The notes under the pieces were generated by a model, which did no database searches, had not been told where the DNA came from, and worked only from the letters and a program-made list of their open reading frames with translations. This document shows, one piece after another, positions 1 to 13,552 of a stretch of 64,000 nucleotides of DNA (position 1 is its first letter; each line of letters starts with the position of its first letter). Source of the stretch: Eledone cirrhosa (lineage: Eukaryota); the NCBI GenBank assembly GCA_964016885.1, contig OZ024754.1:15252001-15316000 (forward strand), written 5' to 3'. Position numbers and translations under genes: made by a program.

Positions 1-270
1 ATGAGACAATCATCCAAGTAGCGTTTCCAATTCTCTGATAAATATTTGTGGAAGTTCAATCCGTATTTTGATTTGGACTGTTCATATATCTGGACTTCTA
101 AGTATGTCATGACTAAGTTGGCATAAGTTGGAGCGGCTTTTGTAAAAGCTTCATCACCGAGGGATTAAAATTTATCTTACAGAACAAGTTTTTGATTTCG
201 ATGGCAGTACTTACAAGCAAATATCGGGGACTGCGATGGGTACAAAAGCCGCTCCAACTTAGGCCAATTC
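1..270. pseudogene. Penelope-like RT fragment with an internal inversion
   Basis: Minus strand 1-145 reads TKAAPTYANLVMTYLE...NWKRYLDDCL. Plus strand 160-270 reads ...FDGSTYKQISGTAMGTKAAPT. The segment tacaaaagccgctccaactta occurs inverted at about 124-144 and 241-261. Confidence 0.75.
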
Positions 271-782
271 ACTGAACCAGAACAATTCTACCATCCTATT
301 TCTCTTGACCATTATCTTTTGTTTGTCATAAAATTCTCTAAAAGGCTACAAAATAAATTCCAAAATACGGGCGCGAAATTTAATGAACTTGTTCACGTGA
401 CTGCAATAATTTCATTTATAACAAATCAAATTACATTTATAAAAAAAAAAAAGCCTTCGTGAGCCCCTTTTTTGAAGTAAAAAGAAATTCAAACAAACTG
501 GCGCGAAAGCTGATGTGCATATTCACGTGACTGCATCAACCAACCAAACTTCACTCATATATGAAAAAAACAACCTGAGCCCCCCCCCCCCCCCCCCCCC
601 GCCCCTTGTTTGAAGAACTTTGTAACGCGAACTGGCGCGAAATTTATTATACTTATTGACCAACTAATCAAATTACTTCTCTAAAAACCTGGCGTTTCAA
701 GCCACTTTTTTCCATATAAAACAAGTAACATTCTAAGACCAACCAGATGTGAGAAAAACCACAGACCCTCCACCTCAACTTT

Positions 783-820
783 ACTTTTGAAAAGCAGAAG
801 AACTGCGAAATCGGTAAAGG
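783..820 (+). ncRNA. Hammerhead-like motif, U3-A8 core variant (copy 1)
   Basis: ctt-TTGAAAA-GCAG aagaa CTGC-GAAA-TCGG-TA-aag. It lies in a dispersed repeat (about 745-960) that recurs at about 55120-55326. Confidence 0.55.
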
Positions 821-1087
821 AATCAAATATATATATATATATATATATATTTTAAATAAGACTCCAGTTGCATTTTCGATTTCATCTTTTTTTCTTTATA
901 CTTTCACTCGTGTAGGACACCTCGGTTATTTTTCATTTTATTAAAAAACCTCACTTTATATAATCATATCTTATTTTGTTTGACCTGTTTAGCTTGTTCG
1001 CTTTTTTGGCTAAGGTGGTTAATGGCTTCTTAACCATCGTCTCAGTGTGTATGACCATTTTAACTTATGTTTATAGCTCTGGTATCC

Positions 1088-2250
1088 TCATATCCATAGT
1101 CTGATGACTTCGCTCCTGATGTGCTCTCTCAACGAGATTCCTAGCATTGATCTCTCCATGGCTCTTTGAGCCGTTACAAACCTATGCTCTTCTCTCTTCG
1201 TTGTAGCCCAGGTTTCACTGCCATATAACATTGCAGGTAAAACTGTGCTATTGAAGAGGTTGGCGCGGGTTGTCTTGTCCAACCCCCCCTTGAGCACATC
1301 CCTTATGTCGTTGAACACCTTCCATCCGGCCCCTACTCTCCGCGAGATCTCCCTCTCAATGTCTCGGCGCATGTTCACTTCTTGTCCTAGGTAGGCGTAT
1401 TCCTCCACCTCGTCTATTTCATCACCGCCAACCACCATTCGACCTGTTGGTACGTTGTCGGACCGCATGAACTTCGTTTTCATGCGGTTCATCTTTAGGC
1501 CTACTGCAGAGCTTTTGATGTCGAGGTCCGTCAGCATGGTCTGAAGCTGATCCGTGGTTTCAGTGATGAGTACGATGTCATCAGCGAAACGGAGGTAGGT
1601 AAGTATCTTGCCGTTGGTGCTGACACCGCCTTGCCAGTCAATGCCTCTGATAATCTGCTCGAGACAGGCGGTGAAAAGTTTTGGAGAGATCGCATCTCCT
1701 TGATTCACTCCCTTCTCGACCGGCACTCGTACGGGTGATGACATCAGAGCTATGTCCGTGGTGAATCCGGAATTCGCTCGCCGAACAGTTGAACGTATTG
1801 CGCCTCGACTCCTTGCCTCTGCAGCGAGTTCAGCACTGCCTTGATTTCGACGCCGTCGAAAGCCTTCTCGTAGTCTACGAACGCGACGCAAAGAGGCATC
1901 TTCTACTCTTTCGCTCGCTCAAGCAGTTGTGTTAGAGTATATATGTGGTCCATCGTGCTGTAGTTCTTCCGGAAGCCGGCTTGCTCTCTCGGTTGCTGTT
2001 CGTCCAGATGACGTGATAACCTGTTCAGCATTATCTTTGTGAACAGCTTGTACACGTGAGACAGCAGGCATATGGGTCGGTAGTTCTTCAGATCTTCTCT
2101 ATCGCCCTTCTTGTATAGCAGGATGGTATTCGACTCTTTCCACCGCGAGAGTATTCTTCCCTCGTCCAGATAGTGTGTGAATCGCTCGGCGAGGATTTCC
2201 CAGAGCTGCTCTCCGCCTGACTTCAACACCTCCGATGTTATGCCGTCTTT
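1088..2250 (-). pseudogene. RTE-clade LINE reverse transcriptase fragment, frameshifted
   Basis: ORFs 1903-2229 and 1088-1891 contain YKKGDREDLKNYRPICLL, QAGFRKNYSTMDHI, QGDAISPKLF, LRFADDIVL and LYGSETW. Confidence 0.9.
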
Positions 2251-2690
2251 GTGTAAGTCGGTGTTTGTGTATGTGTGTAGGTGTACGTCGGTGTGTAAGT
2301 CGGTGTGTAAGTCGGTGTGTGCGTGCGTATGGAAGGAGAGGGGTCAGGGGGTGGGGGAGGTGGCGTGTGGATTCCGGAGGTTGTGTATATGTAGAGGTAC
2401 GCACGTGTGTGTTTGTGTTTATATGTGGTGTGGATGTGGGTGGCGTGGTGCGAAAAAAATGTGAGTGTATGTTCGTGGGTAAGTTCCTGAGATAGTTCCG
2501 CCGGATGTATGAAGCGATGCTGGATATTTTTCATGTTATGGAGTGGCTGGCTGGAGAGATGACCGATGGTGTAGAATCCAATGCTGGTGGTGGTCGGATG
2601 TGGAGGGAAGTGAGGTGCGCGCGCAACAGGAAGTCGTCAGAGAATCAAGGCAGGGTGAAGAGATAGCAGTAGAGCGGGATGAAGAGATAG
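2250..2690 (-). repeat. Diverged copy of the CA-rich PLE 3' region at 61330-61760
   Basis: Reverse-complement matches such as gtgcgcgcgcaacaggaagt with acttcctgttgcgcgcgcac, and ggattccgga with tccggaatcc. Confidence 0.6.
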
Positions 2691-3098
2691 CAGTAGAATA
2701 TATATAAATATATATATATACAAATATAATTTTAGCGAGATCGTATTTCGGCGGTGGCCAAAACAAAACGAAACGCAATCTTCGAGATATGCCGGTAATC
2801 GCTCAATGGATTAAGAAGAAACCAGAGCAATTAACATGCGTTATAAAGCCCAGACAAAATGAAAACAGTGGTTGTGAAGTCAACAGCCACGTTAGCCGAA
2901 AATACAAACAAGCTAAACAGGTTAACAAATAATTACCTGGATCGTACCGGAAAGTGGTGGTAAAATCCAATGGGGGGTTTCTGTGACTCCTAAATCAACT
3001 ATACTGTCTGTTTTCGTTGTAAGCTTTTGGTATAACGCTCGAACAAGGTAGCCATTTCGTCAACAGATTTTCTTTACTCAACCGCCTACCGTGTTCCA

Positions 3099-3366
<268 letters not shown>

Positions 3367-3702
3367 ATACATTTGTTAAAACAAATTTCTGTCTTATTTG
3401 TTGAGTGTATTTTGGTTATAAAACTTGTATCCACAATAAAAATCAAACATGATTCGAAGGAGCAGAAAGGAAATGTGTTTTATGAGGCCAATTCCATCTA
3501 AGTTATTTTCATTAACATAATATCGGAGTGAAAATAAAATGTTTATAAAATGTTGCATTATGTTTCACATAAACAGTAATCCTTAGAATGTATCCTCTTA
3601 AGATATTGAAATTTTTATATCTCCTCCTTGCCATTTTAATTGAAATAAGAGGAAATTCACTGACCGTGGCTACAAAAGGGACACAGTGGATGGAAAATGT
3701 GG

Positions 3703-4441
3703 CTCTGGAAATATAAGGAGCTCTAGAAATATAAGGAACTCTAGAAATATAAGGAGCTCTAGAAATATAAGGAGCTCTAGAAATATAAGGCACTCTAGAA
3801 ATATAAGGAACTCTAGAAATATAAGGAGCTCTAGAAATATAAGGAGCTCTAGAAATATAAGGAACTCTAGAAATATAAAGAGCTCTAGAAATATAAGGAA
3901 CTCTAGAAATATAAGGAACTCTAGAAATATAAGGAGCTCTAGAAATATAAGGCACTCTAGAAATATAAGGAACTCTAGAAATATAAGGAGCTCTAGAAAA
4001 AATAAGGAGCTCTAGAAATATAAGGAACTCTAGAAATATAAGGAGCTCAGGAAATATAAGACACTCTAGAAATATAAGGAACTCTAGAAATATAAGGAGC
4101 TCTAGAAATATAAAGAGCTCTAGAAATATAAGGAATTCTAGAAATATAAGGAGCTCTAGAAATATAAGGAACTCTAGAAATATAAGGAATTCTAGAAATA
4201 TTAGGAACTCTAAAAATATAAGGAACTCTAGAAATATAAGGAGCTCTAGAAATATAAGGCACTCTAGAAATATAAGGAACTCTAGAAATATAAGGAGCTC
4301 TAGAAATATAAGGAGCTCTAGAAATATAAGGAACTCTAGAAATATAGAGAGCTCTAGAAATATAAGGAACTCTAGAAATATAAGGAGCTCTAGAAATATA
4401 AGGAACTCTAGAAATATAAGGAACTCTAGAATTATAAGGAA
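3703..4441. repeat. 18-bp minisatellite, about 41 units
   Basis: Unit is (gaa/gag/gca)ctctagaaatataag. It produces the PYISRA/RNIRSS pseudo-ORFs. Confidence 0.95.
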
Positions 4442-4701
4442 CCACCAACAAAAGCAAAATAATTAAAATAAATAACTTTTTAAATAATATATTTCTCTTC
4501 CTTTTGGCTAAAACGTTCTTTTCATATGAATAATATCATCCGCATTAATTACATGAATAACAATATACAATATTTTGTGTACACACATCCATCCTAACGT
4601 ATATTTTTTCATAAATATGTAGACACACAGTCATGCATATGTGTGTATGTGTGCAGGCATACATGTATGTGTGTATGTTCTTCTGGTTTTATAGTTTCAC
4701 A

Positions 4702-5155
4702 ATTTTATTCCCAATAGAGAGAGAGTCGGTTTCTAACATAGACACAAGACTCTCTCATTGGAATTTACACAACATCAACTAGGTAGATATGTATGTATGT
4801 CTGCATGCATGTGTAGATATGGATGTTATTGTATGTGTGGATGTGTATGTTTTGAGTTGTATGTGTGCATGTGGATATGCTTTGTATCTGTACATGTGTG
4901 TATGCAGTTATTAGATGCAAAATTTTTGGAATGTTTTACATATTTTTATTGTTCCATTAATGGATTGTACTTGTAATTTCCTAACTAGTTGTGTTCTTTC
5001 TATTCCTGTGAAGCCCAGCTTCTCAAGATTTGTATTGAGGCAGTTACTAACATACCCCAGTGCCCCAATAATCACAGGCATAAATCTGAAGGTGTAATCA
5101 GGGTGGAGTATCTGCAGATTTCTCATCAGTTCTGCATAAATATTCTCCTTTTCGT
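4702..5155 (-). mobile_element. 3' end of an RLE-type LINE (R4/Dong-like) with probable TSD
   Basis: EKENIYAELMRNLQILHPDYTFRFMPVIIGALG...KICKTF, AATAAA at the 3' end, and an about 31-bp direct repeat tgtatgttcttctggttttata(g/a)tttcacaa at about 4672 and 5157. Confidence 0.7.
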
Positions 5156-5544
5156 ATGTATGTTCTTCTGGTTTTATAATTTCACAAGTATGTATGTATG
5201 TATGTATGTATGTATGTATGTATGTATGTATGTATGTATGTATGTATGTATGTATGTATGTATGTATGTATGTATGTATGTATGTATAAGTGTGTGTATG
5301 TATGTCAGGTTGCTCTCGAGTGCTCCTGGTAACATGTAACCCAGTACAACCTGTCTCATGGTCGGGTCGGCGGCGACTAAACCGGCAACCCCACCAAGCT
5401 TGCTTGGTGAGGATGGTGATATTTGGACACCCTGCGGGATGAAATACCGGTGAAGGGCGAAGGAACTCAGCAGCAGAGTCAACGGCCATCCAAATAGTAC
5501 TTTTTTTTTTTTTACACCTGGGAGTGAAAGGCCCCCAGTTGTTC

Positions 5545-6190
5545 TCACAACAACTTTCTAAGAGAGGGAATCTCTGAAAAAAGAACTTGCGGCTTTGGAA
5601 GCATCCGATGATGTTGACCAGTTCTCCTTTTCGGGTAGTGTTTTCGATGCTCAGAGAGTGGGATTGGTCGAGTGCAAGGCCTTTCCCCACTTAAAAGTTG
5701 ACACATGGAAATCAAAAAGGTGCACAGGGTTGCTGTTGGCAAATAGCTTATGGAATTTCTGCCCGCCCCTTTCTGACATATCGAACAAGGCCACTTCTCT
5801 GGTGGTATCACCCTCCTGACTTATTTCCTACTTATTAGGACTTTTGTCTTTGCTAAATTTACTTTTAGGCCTTTCAACTCTAGAATCTTCTTCCATACTT
5901 GAAATGTTGCTTCTAACTCTCCTACAGATTCAGCTATGCAGACTCGGTCATCAGCATAAAGGAGCTCCAGTGGAGTACCAGTTTTAAACTCCTCAGTGAT
6001 GGCCTGAAGTACAATGATAAACAGGACTGGACTGAGGACTGATCCCTAGTGGACCACCACCGGCACTTCAAGTTCATCACTGTACTCATTGCCAACTCTC
6101 ACTCTGCTGGTTGTTCCTTTATACATGACCTGCATGGCTCTCACAAGCCATTCATCTACATCAAGCTTTCTAAGTGCCCACCAAGAAGCT
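5545..6190 (-). pseudogene. Degraded RTE LINE RT and Cys-rich region
   Basis: GSVLSPVLFIIVLQAITEEFKTGTPLELLYADD at about 5940-6050, and KWPCSICQKGAGRNSI. Confidence 0.7.
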
Positions 6191-6466
6191 CTCTGTCTGT
6201 CTGGCTGGCTGTCTCTATCTCTCTCACCCTATATATATGTATATTTGCAACCGACAGATAGTATTAGCAATTGGAAAGACCAATGGAAACATTGTTTCCA
6301 TGGTCCGATTTGATGAGCTCCACCCCACTCTTTAAGTGAAAGAGGTCTGGGATCTTGTTGATCAACTGTCTATATATATATATAGAGAGAGAGAATGAGA
6401 GAATGTCAAACTCTCTCTCAATGTCTCTCATGTCCCTCACTATCTTTTATTGCTTTTTAATTTCAG

Positions 6467-7040
6467 TGTAAAGAGAAAGAGTCCAAGCTGCAGTCCATTC
6501 TACCTGATGTGTTGGAAGGAAGGGAGAATGGAAAGGAGGAGTGTGGATCAGGTGCATTTCACAGGACTGCCAGTGGCTATAGTATAATGGACAACACTGT
6601 TCAACATTACAATAATGATGGTATATTAAGAAACACTGACCAATCCCTAATAAATTCAGAAATAGAAGAAATCTTGGACAAAGGTAGTTATCAAACTGAC
6701 CAGTCAAAGCTCAGGCCTGAGAGAGAGAAACCCCTAGATATCAGTGTCCACCATACTGATCAAATTAAATTCAAATTAGGGGTAAATAAAATACAAAATA
6801 ACAGTGATTCTCCCATTAACCAGTTCACATTCAGACCAGAGATTGAGGAAATTATTTTCTAATTCTGGCTTGAATTTAGACATATCAATGTTATTGCCAT
6901 CTTTATTCAAACTTCTCTTGACCTCTGACTTCCATATGGACTGCTCATTAATGGCAATAACATTGATATGTCTAAATTCAAGCCAGAATTAGAAAATAAT
7001 TTGAACAAAGCTGATCTTCATACTGACCAATCTGAACTCC
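6467..7040 (+). pseudogene. Exon-like segment with TDQ peptide repeats, disrupted by an inverted duplication
   Basis: Pyrimidine tract plus CAG ending at 6466. ORF 6509-6862 has repeated xxTDQS...(E)I(E)E units that resume after 6950 (KPELENNLNKADLHTDQSEL). Confidence 0.35.
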
Positions 7041-7537
7041 ATTTTTCAAAGCACGGACATTGCTTGTTCAGGAGCTGTTACAGGCACGTGTGGCTGGCCG
7101 TAGCCTAAAAGTGCACCATTTTCTGTAATCTGACAAGCGATTGCATTACTCTTAACAGAGTTTGCAGCCATCAAGTTTTATTTCAATGGTTTGGAGAGCT
7201 CAGTTGTGCTAAAAATACACAAAGGAACTCTCACGAAAAAAACATGGAGGTGTGTGTGGGGGGGCGGTTAAAGACAATTCATTAAATCAAATGTTTACAC
7301 TTCTAGCCTGACGGTTTAAGACTCCTAAAAAGATACGATTTAGTGTAATATCACAATGCGTTTGTCCGGCATACAAGCGTCTCTGTCCTCTTTCTTTCCG
7401 CCCGCAGAAGTATTTTACCCTGCTTATTTAACCATTAACTATAGTTATTAACTATTACATATAGTTATTCAGCATTGTGGCTGAAAGATTTCCAAATTCC
7501 TCAATGCTTCGTAAATATACCAAACGATAATTACATA

Positions 7538-7726
7538 TAATTGTTTCTACTTTAGGCACAAGGCCAGCAACTACCCAGTGCCTCACTGGTACTTTATTTT
7601 ATCGACCCCGTAAGGATGAAAGGCAAAGTCAACCTCGGCGGGATTTGAACTCAGATCGTAAAGGGACGTAACTATGCTAGAAAGCATGGCGTCCGACCCT
7701 CTACCGATACTACCAATCCACCGCAT
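7538..7726 (-). mobile_element. tRNA-derived SINE
   Basis: A-box-like tggtagtatcgg, B-box-like gagttcaaatcc, core gcctttcatccttacggggtcgataaaataaagtaccag, TSD catataat. Confidence 0.85.
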
Positions 7727-8029
7727 ATAATGTAGTTGTTATCTAGCTGTAAATGCTGCGTTGTTAAGTGAGAATTGGGAGGAGAAATTTATTTTAGTCT
7801 GCTAGTGTTTTGTGGAAATCGGGAAAGGGTGGTGGACTTAACAAACCAATCCCCACGTTAATCAGAAGTCATTATTGTAAGTTTCATGTCGTTCACACAA
7901 TAAGTATATTTCCTCAACATTGAAGGTTAAAGGGTTATAAACTATATATAGAAAAAAAAGGGTGATTACATACGTAGGTGCATATCTCTATAAATATTCA
8001 TTATATATATCTATATATACATATATATA

Positions 8030-8098
<69 letters not shown>

Positions 8099-8129
8099 AA
8101 ATATATATGCATGTAAATATATATATATG

Positions 8130-8160
<31 letters not shown>

Positions 8161-8161
8161 G

Positions 8162-8192
<31 letters not shown>

Positions 8193-8212
8193 GTATGATA
8201 TATATGTGTATG

Positions 8213-8260
<48 letters not shown>

Positions 8261-8330
8261 ATATAAATGTATGTATATATATGTATATATATATATATAT
8301 GTATGTATATACATAAATATATATATATAT

Positions 8331-8496
<166 letters not shown>

Positions 8497-8537
8497 ATGT
8501 ATGTATGTATATGTGTATGTATGTATATACATATAAG

Positions 8538-8586
<49 letters not shown>

Positions 8587-8618
8587 AGATCAAAAGATGG
8601 TTAAAGGAGTTCAATATA

Positions 8619-8685
8619 TTTTATTATGCGCATTTCAAAAACAAACATCATCAAACAATAACATTTGTGTTTTCATCAGATAAAA
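8619..8685 (-). ncRNA. Type I hammerhead ribozyme
   Basis: ttttat-CTGATGA-AAACA...TGTTT(T)-GAAA-TGCGCA-TA-ataaaa. Confidence 0.75.
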
Positions 8686-8742
8686 CAGGAGAACATGATA
8701 TGAAGGCTAAAAAAAACACTTGTTGATAGTGCAGTTTTAAAT

Positions 8743-8798
<56 letters not shown>

Positions 8799-8963
8799 TA
8801 TAAATATATATACTATATATACATATTTGTGTATTTATAAATATTTATAAATATATATATTATATATATATACATATATATCAATATATACATACAATAC
8901 ATACACATATATGTATATATTATCTATATACATATATATATATATATATAAATATATAAAATG

Positions 8964-9023
<60 letters not shown>

Positions 9024-10349
9024 TATACATGTATATATATATAAAATGTATGTATATATTAATGTATATATACTGTATATATATTATGTTTATAGTTACA
9101 TGCACCCACCTATCTAATCACTCACTATTATATATATATATATATACATGTGTGTGTGTGTGTATGTGTGTGTGTGTGTATGAGTGATGTCTTCGTGCAT
9201 TTTTTCAGTATCTGTGTATCCATATTAACATTTATAGTTTTCTTTCTTGATTTATTGTCGTGGCCACGAGAGTATTTGAGATCACGAATACAGTGCCGTA
9301 GTCCTATATCATCTAATGAGATATATCATCTCAACTTCCCGTCTTGGAAGTCATTTTCTCATAGCTACAACTCACCAGCTACAGTCACATGAACAGACAA
9401 ACTCACCCACAAACCCACAGACACTCACACATATACGCTATTCGAAAGTTGCAGTCGGTGGCTTTATAGTTAGTCAAAAAGTACAGCCGCAGTTTTACTT
9501 TCAAGTCACCACAGCTATTCTCTGATCCGACTCATTACATTATTGGAACGAACGTTCAATAGCTGCCAACACTTTCATATATCTTTGTAGATAGAGGCAT
9601 ACAAGTATTTACCACAAGGCGACAGTGATATAAGCAGTGGCATTATTAGTCTTCCACATTCAAGAACGACGAATGCCCGTGTGCTAGAGGTAAGGATGTT
9701 GGACTTTCGATCATAATGATGTGGGTTCGATAATTGGATTGGATTGTGTGTTGTTTTCTTCAGCAAAAGACTTCATTTCCCGTTGATCCAGTATACTGAG
9801 CTTAAAATGAGTACCAGCAATTGCCGAGGGATTAAGCCTGCGATGGATGGGCGTCTTGCCCAGGGGGAAGTCTTGTACTATCAGTGACTTTACACCATGG
9901 AAGCCAGGATAAGCAATCACCTCATGAGTCACCGGGTTCGAGACAGATGTAGATTCAACAAAAACGGAATCTATAAGTGAAATAATTGCGACGCTCACTC
10001 TCCTTACATATTGTTTCACGCTGAATCTCCCTGAGAATTGTTTTAAAGATTCGTGTGTCTGTGCAATGGTCAGTAATTTGAATACAACAGGGGCTGTTCT
10101 GTTGATCACACAACTGAAACACATTTCGTTGAAACAGACGGATGTCCGGCGAGAGAGAGAGAGAGAGAGAGAGAGACCCTCCACACATACATACACGTAT
10201 ACACATACGCAGACCGACACACACATAGACACACACACAGATACGCACAGACACACACACCACCACACACATCGTACATAGTCACAACTGATAGACTGAC
10301 TCAAGCAAAAGAATTTATATTATATATACGCTCACACACTCACACACAC

Positions 10350-10380
<31 letters not shown>

Positions 10381-10437
10381 CATACATTCATACATATATA
10401 TATATATATACACACATATACATACATATATATATAT

Positions 10438-10496
<59 letters not shown>

Positions 10497-11168
10497 CACA
10501 CACACATATATATATGTGTGTGTGAATATATATATATATATGTGTGCGTGTGCGCGCGCGCGTGTGTGTGTGTGTGTGTGTGTTATACATATATATAATT
10601 TTTCTGTAATATTTCAATGTATCATAATTCAGTCAATTTAAACAAGAATGTTTGTTCTCTCGTCAATAATACTCATGATGGAAAAGTATATCGATCCCAA
10701 ACTTATATATATCGAAAATGATCATCAAGAGCCACTATCCTGGTCTTATGCTTAATCAGTGGCTGTCTAAAGAAATACATATTATTTCAAAAACAAAGGA
10801 AGAATTTCAAGGAATTTTACTAAAACTATTGATTGTTTCATGACTAAGTTATCAGCTTAGCATATGGTTCGTATATATAATTGTGTTGGAACTATTTTAA
10901 TCAAAATAGTAAACGGTCTCATACAAAACCAGTTGTTTTAAAAGGGTTAATTTATATATATATAGAAAGTCATTGCAGGTAAACACTCACACACATACAG
11001 AGACGCACACGTAATATATATATATATATTAGGTATAGGATTATCCAAGATGTAGTAATGGTTAATTACTACACTGGATATGGTTGACGTACGGTAAGAG
11101 GTTACTCTACGAGTTATGGAAGAATTGTTGAAGAAACTTAGTTCCTGATCCTTCTGTATTCCGGAGTG

Positions 11169-11454
11169 TATATAAAGAATGAATAATAACAGATAGACAT
11201 CATAAAAAAGGTAATTTATTCCGTGTGCTTACAGGTGTTTCCACGGTGGTACTACAGCCTAGTTATGCTATGTGCAAATTCACAAGTATTCTGCTCTGAG
11301 GAAACAGTGGTCACAGCATTGGATATTTGAGTTCTGCAAGTACTTGTGAATTTGCACATAGCATAACTAGGCTGTAGTACCACCGTGGAAACACCTGTAA
11401 GCACACGGAATAAATTACCTTTTTTATGATGTCTACCTGTTATTATTCATTCTT

Positions 11455-11460
<6 letters not shown>
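11169..11460. repeat. Fold-back palindrome, about 120-bp arms and 52-bp spacer
   Basis: 11169-11288 is the near-perfect reverse complement of 11341-11460. Confidence 0.9.
11292..11403 (+). ncRNA. Type I HHR with long helix II
   Basis: tgct-CTGAGGA-aACAGTGGT...ACCACCGTg-GAAA-CACCTG-TA-agca. Confidence 0.6.
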
Positions 11461-11485
<25 letters not shown>

Positions 11486-12061
11486 CTGTGTGTGTAGAAG
11501 TTATATTTAATTTTTGGGGATACAACAAGCAAATATTTTTATAACTGATATAAAGCACTCAACAAATTTTTGGAGTAAAAATACAATATATTAACAAATG
11601 GAAACTATATTTATAAAACCATATTTATTTCATTATACATATTTCAAGGACACCAAAGCACTATCGGGAAGCTTCCAACCGACATGGTCGCATTCTTATT
11701 GAACCACAATGTAAATAAGACAAAACCTATATATTTGCTAGCATTGATATGCATCTGTGTGTATATAAATGTTACGAGATATAAATTCCTTATAATTATC
11801 TCCAATTCATTTGTCGAGCAATATTTGGCCACGACTGCTACTATGGTGGTAGGCTGGCCGCTGTCTTATTAACCACTCGCTTTCCACTGATTGACCTCGA
11901 TGTCACGTGATTGATTCTTTTTGAATTTGCCACAGACGTAGAGGCAGGGATTTTCTCAATGGCTAGGAATCCAGTCCACGCTTCGCTATTTCCTTTCCAC
12001 TGAATTATTTTTTAATAAGTTTCCAGAGTCCTCGCTATGCCTGGAGACTTACACGGAAAAA

Positions 12062-12146
12062 CACTTTCCTGATGACGGAATGATTTTCTATATGTTTCTT
12101 CGGAAAATATATTTACTCCATTCCAGAAACTAATTAGTTGGAAGTG
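12062..12146 (+). ncRNA. Type I HHR
   Basis: cactttc-CTGATGA-cGGAATG...CATTCCa-GAAA-CTAATTAG-TT-ggaagtg. A second copy lies at 43038. Confidence 0.75.
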
Positions 12147-12190
12147 ATTTTTTAGTAAGTAAGTTAATTTTATAATTTTCTTATTTTACG

Positions 12191-12218
<28 letters not shown>

Positions 12219-12221
<3 letters not shown>

Positions 12222-12447
12222 CGATAGTAAACAAATGGAAACTATGTTTATAAAACCATATTTATTTCATTATACATATTTCAGGGATACCATATTAAAA
12301 ATATGGCATGCCTTCGTCAGATAAACTGTTTTATAAATAATTTTGACGTACCATAAATATAAGCGACCATTAAGATATCCCTGAAATATGTATAATGAAA
12401 TAAATATGGTTTTATAAATATAGTTTCCATTTGTTTACTATCGTATA
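12219..12447. repeat. Fold-back repeat, about 70-bp arms, carrying an HHR
   Basis: 12219-12288 is inverted against 12375-12447. The family also occurs at 11500-11655 and 50303-50365. Confidence 0.8.
12266..12325 (-). ncRNA. Type I HHR
   Basis: tttat-CTGACGA-AGGcATGCCATAT tttta ATATGGTATcCCT-GAAA-TATGTA-TA-atgaa. Confidence 0.7.
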
Positions 12448-12517
12448 TCTACTCCAAAAACTTGTCGAGTGCTTTATATCGGTTATAAAATATTTATTTG
12501 TTGTAACCCAACAATTT

Positions 12518-12554
<37 letters not shown>

Positions 12555-12634
12555 GTTAATACCATCCACAACACGGAGTACTCTAACTGGGCTACCTCTA
12601 AGTGGATTGCCTATAACAATAACTTGTTATCGCG

Positions 12635-12738
<104 letters not shown>

Positions 12739-12923
12739 CTCACACAGACATAGAAGATGGCTGGACGAATGAGTAGTGACAAGTTGAGTGTGATGGATGA
12801 GGAAATATCGACCGATAGGGTTATAGATAAACGTTGACATATATATATATATAAACACACACACACTCACACACACATACACACACACACACTCTCACAC
12901 ACACACACAGACACACACACACT

Positions 12924-12999
<76 letters not shown>

Positions 13000-13506
13000 T
13001 ATAGATATAGATATAGAAATTTGGAAGAAACAGGGAGCCGTGTGATTACTTGATTAAGTGTATTTAAAAATAAAAGGAAAGCACAAACGGGGGACAATCC
13101 CTTCTTCAGTCGTCTGCTGGAGATCACGGACATTTCAACGCATTAAAGACATGTCTAACTCCAGTGCGTCAATAACTTGTGGAAGTTATTCGGTGAAAAA
13201 AGGAGAGAGAAAGAAAAAAATTAAACAGAAGGGAAAAAAAAGGGAAAAAACGCAAAGAACATCCCGAAAAAGTGAGGAACACGAGAAGAAGCACATGTAT
13301 ATAAGTAACCGGGAGAGAAAGAGAGGGAGAGGGGGGGGGGGGGGGTTTCAAAAACAGCTACTGAACATAAGTTCGAGGCCTTTGTTGACGGTGAATTAGG
13401 GAGAGCGAAGAAAAACAAGTCTGACATCGGCAAGAATAGGCGAAAAGAGGCAGAGGTGAGAGAAAAGGGGAGAAGTAAGGGAGCAGAGAGAGGAAAATAA
13501 AAGTGA

Positions 13507-13552
<46 letters not shown>

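Noticed and set aside
3512-4457. PYISR/RNIRSS repeat ORFs
   Set aside because: By-product of a stop-free 18-bp minisatellite, with no gene context.
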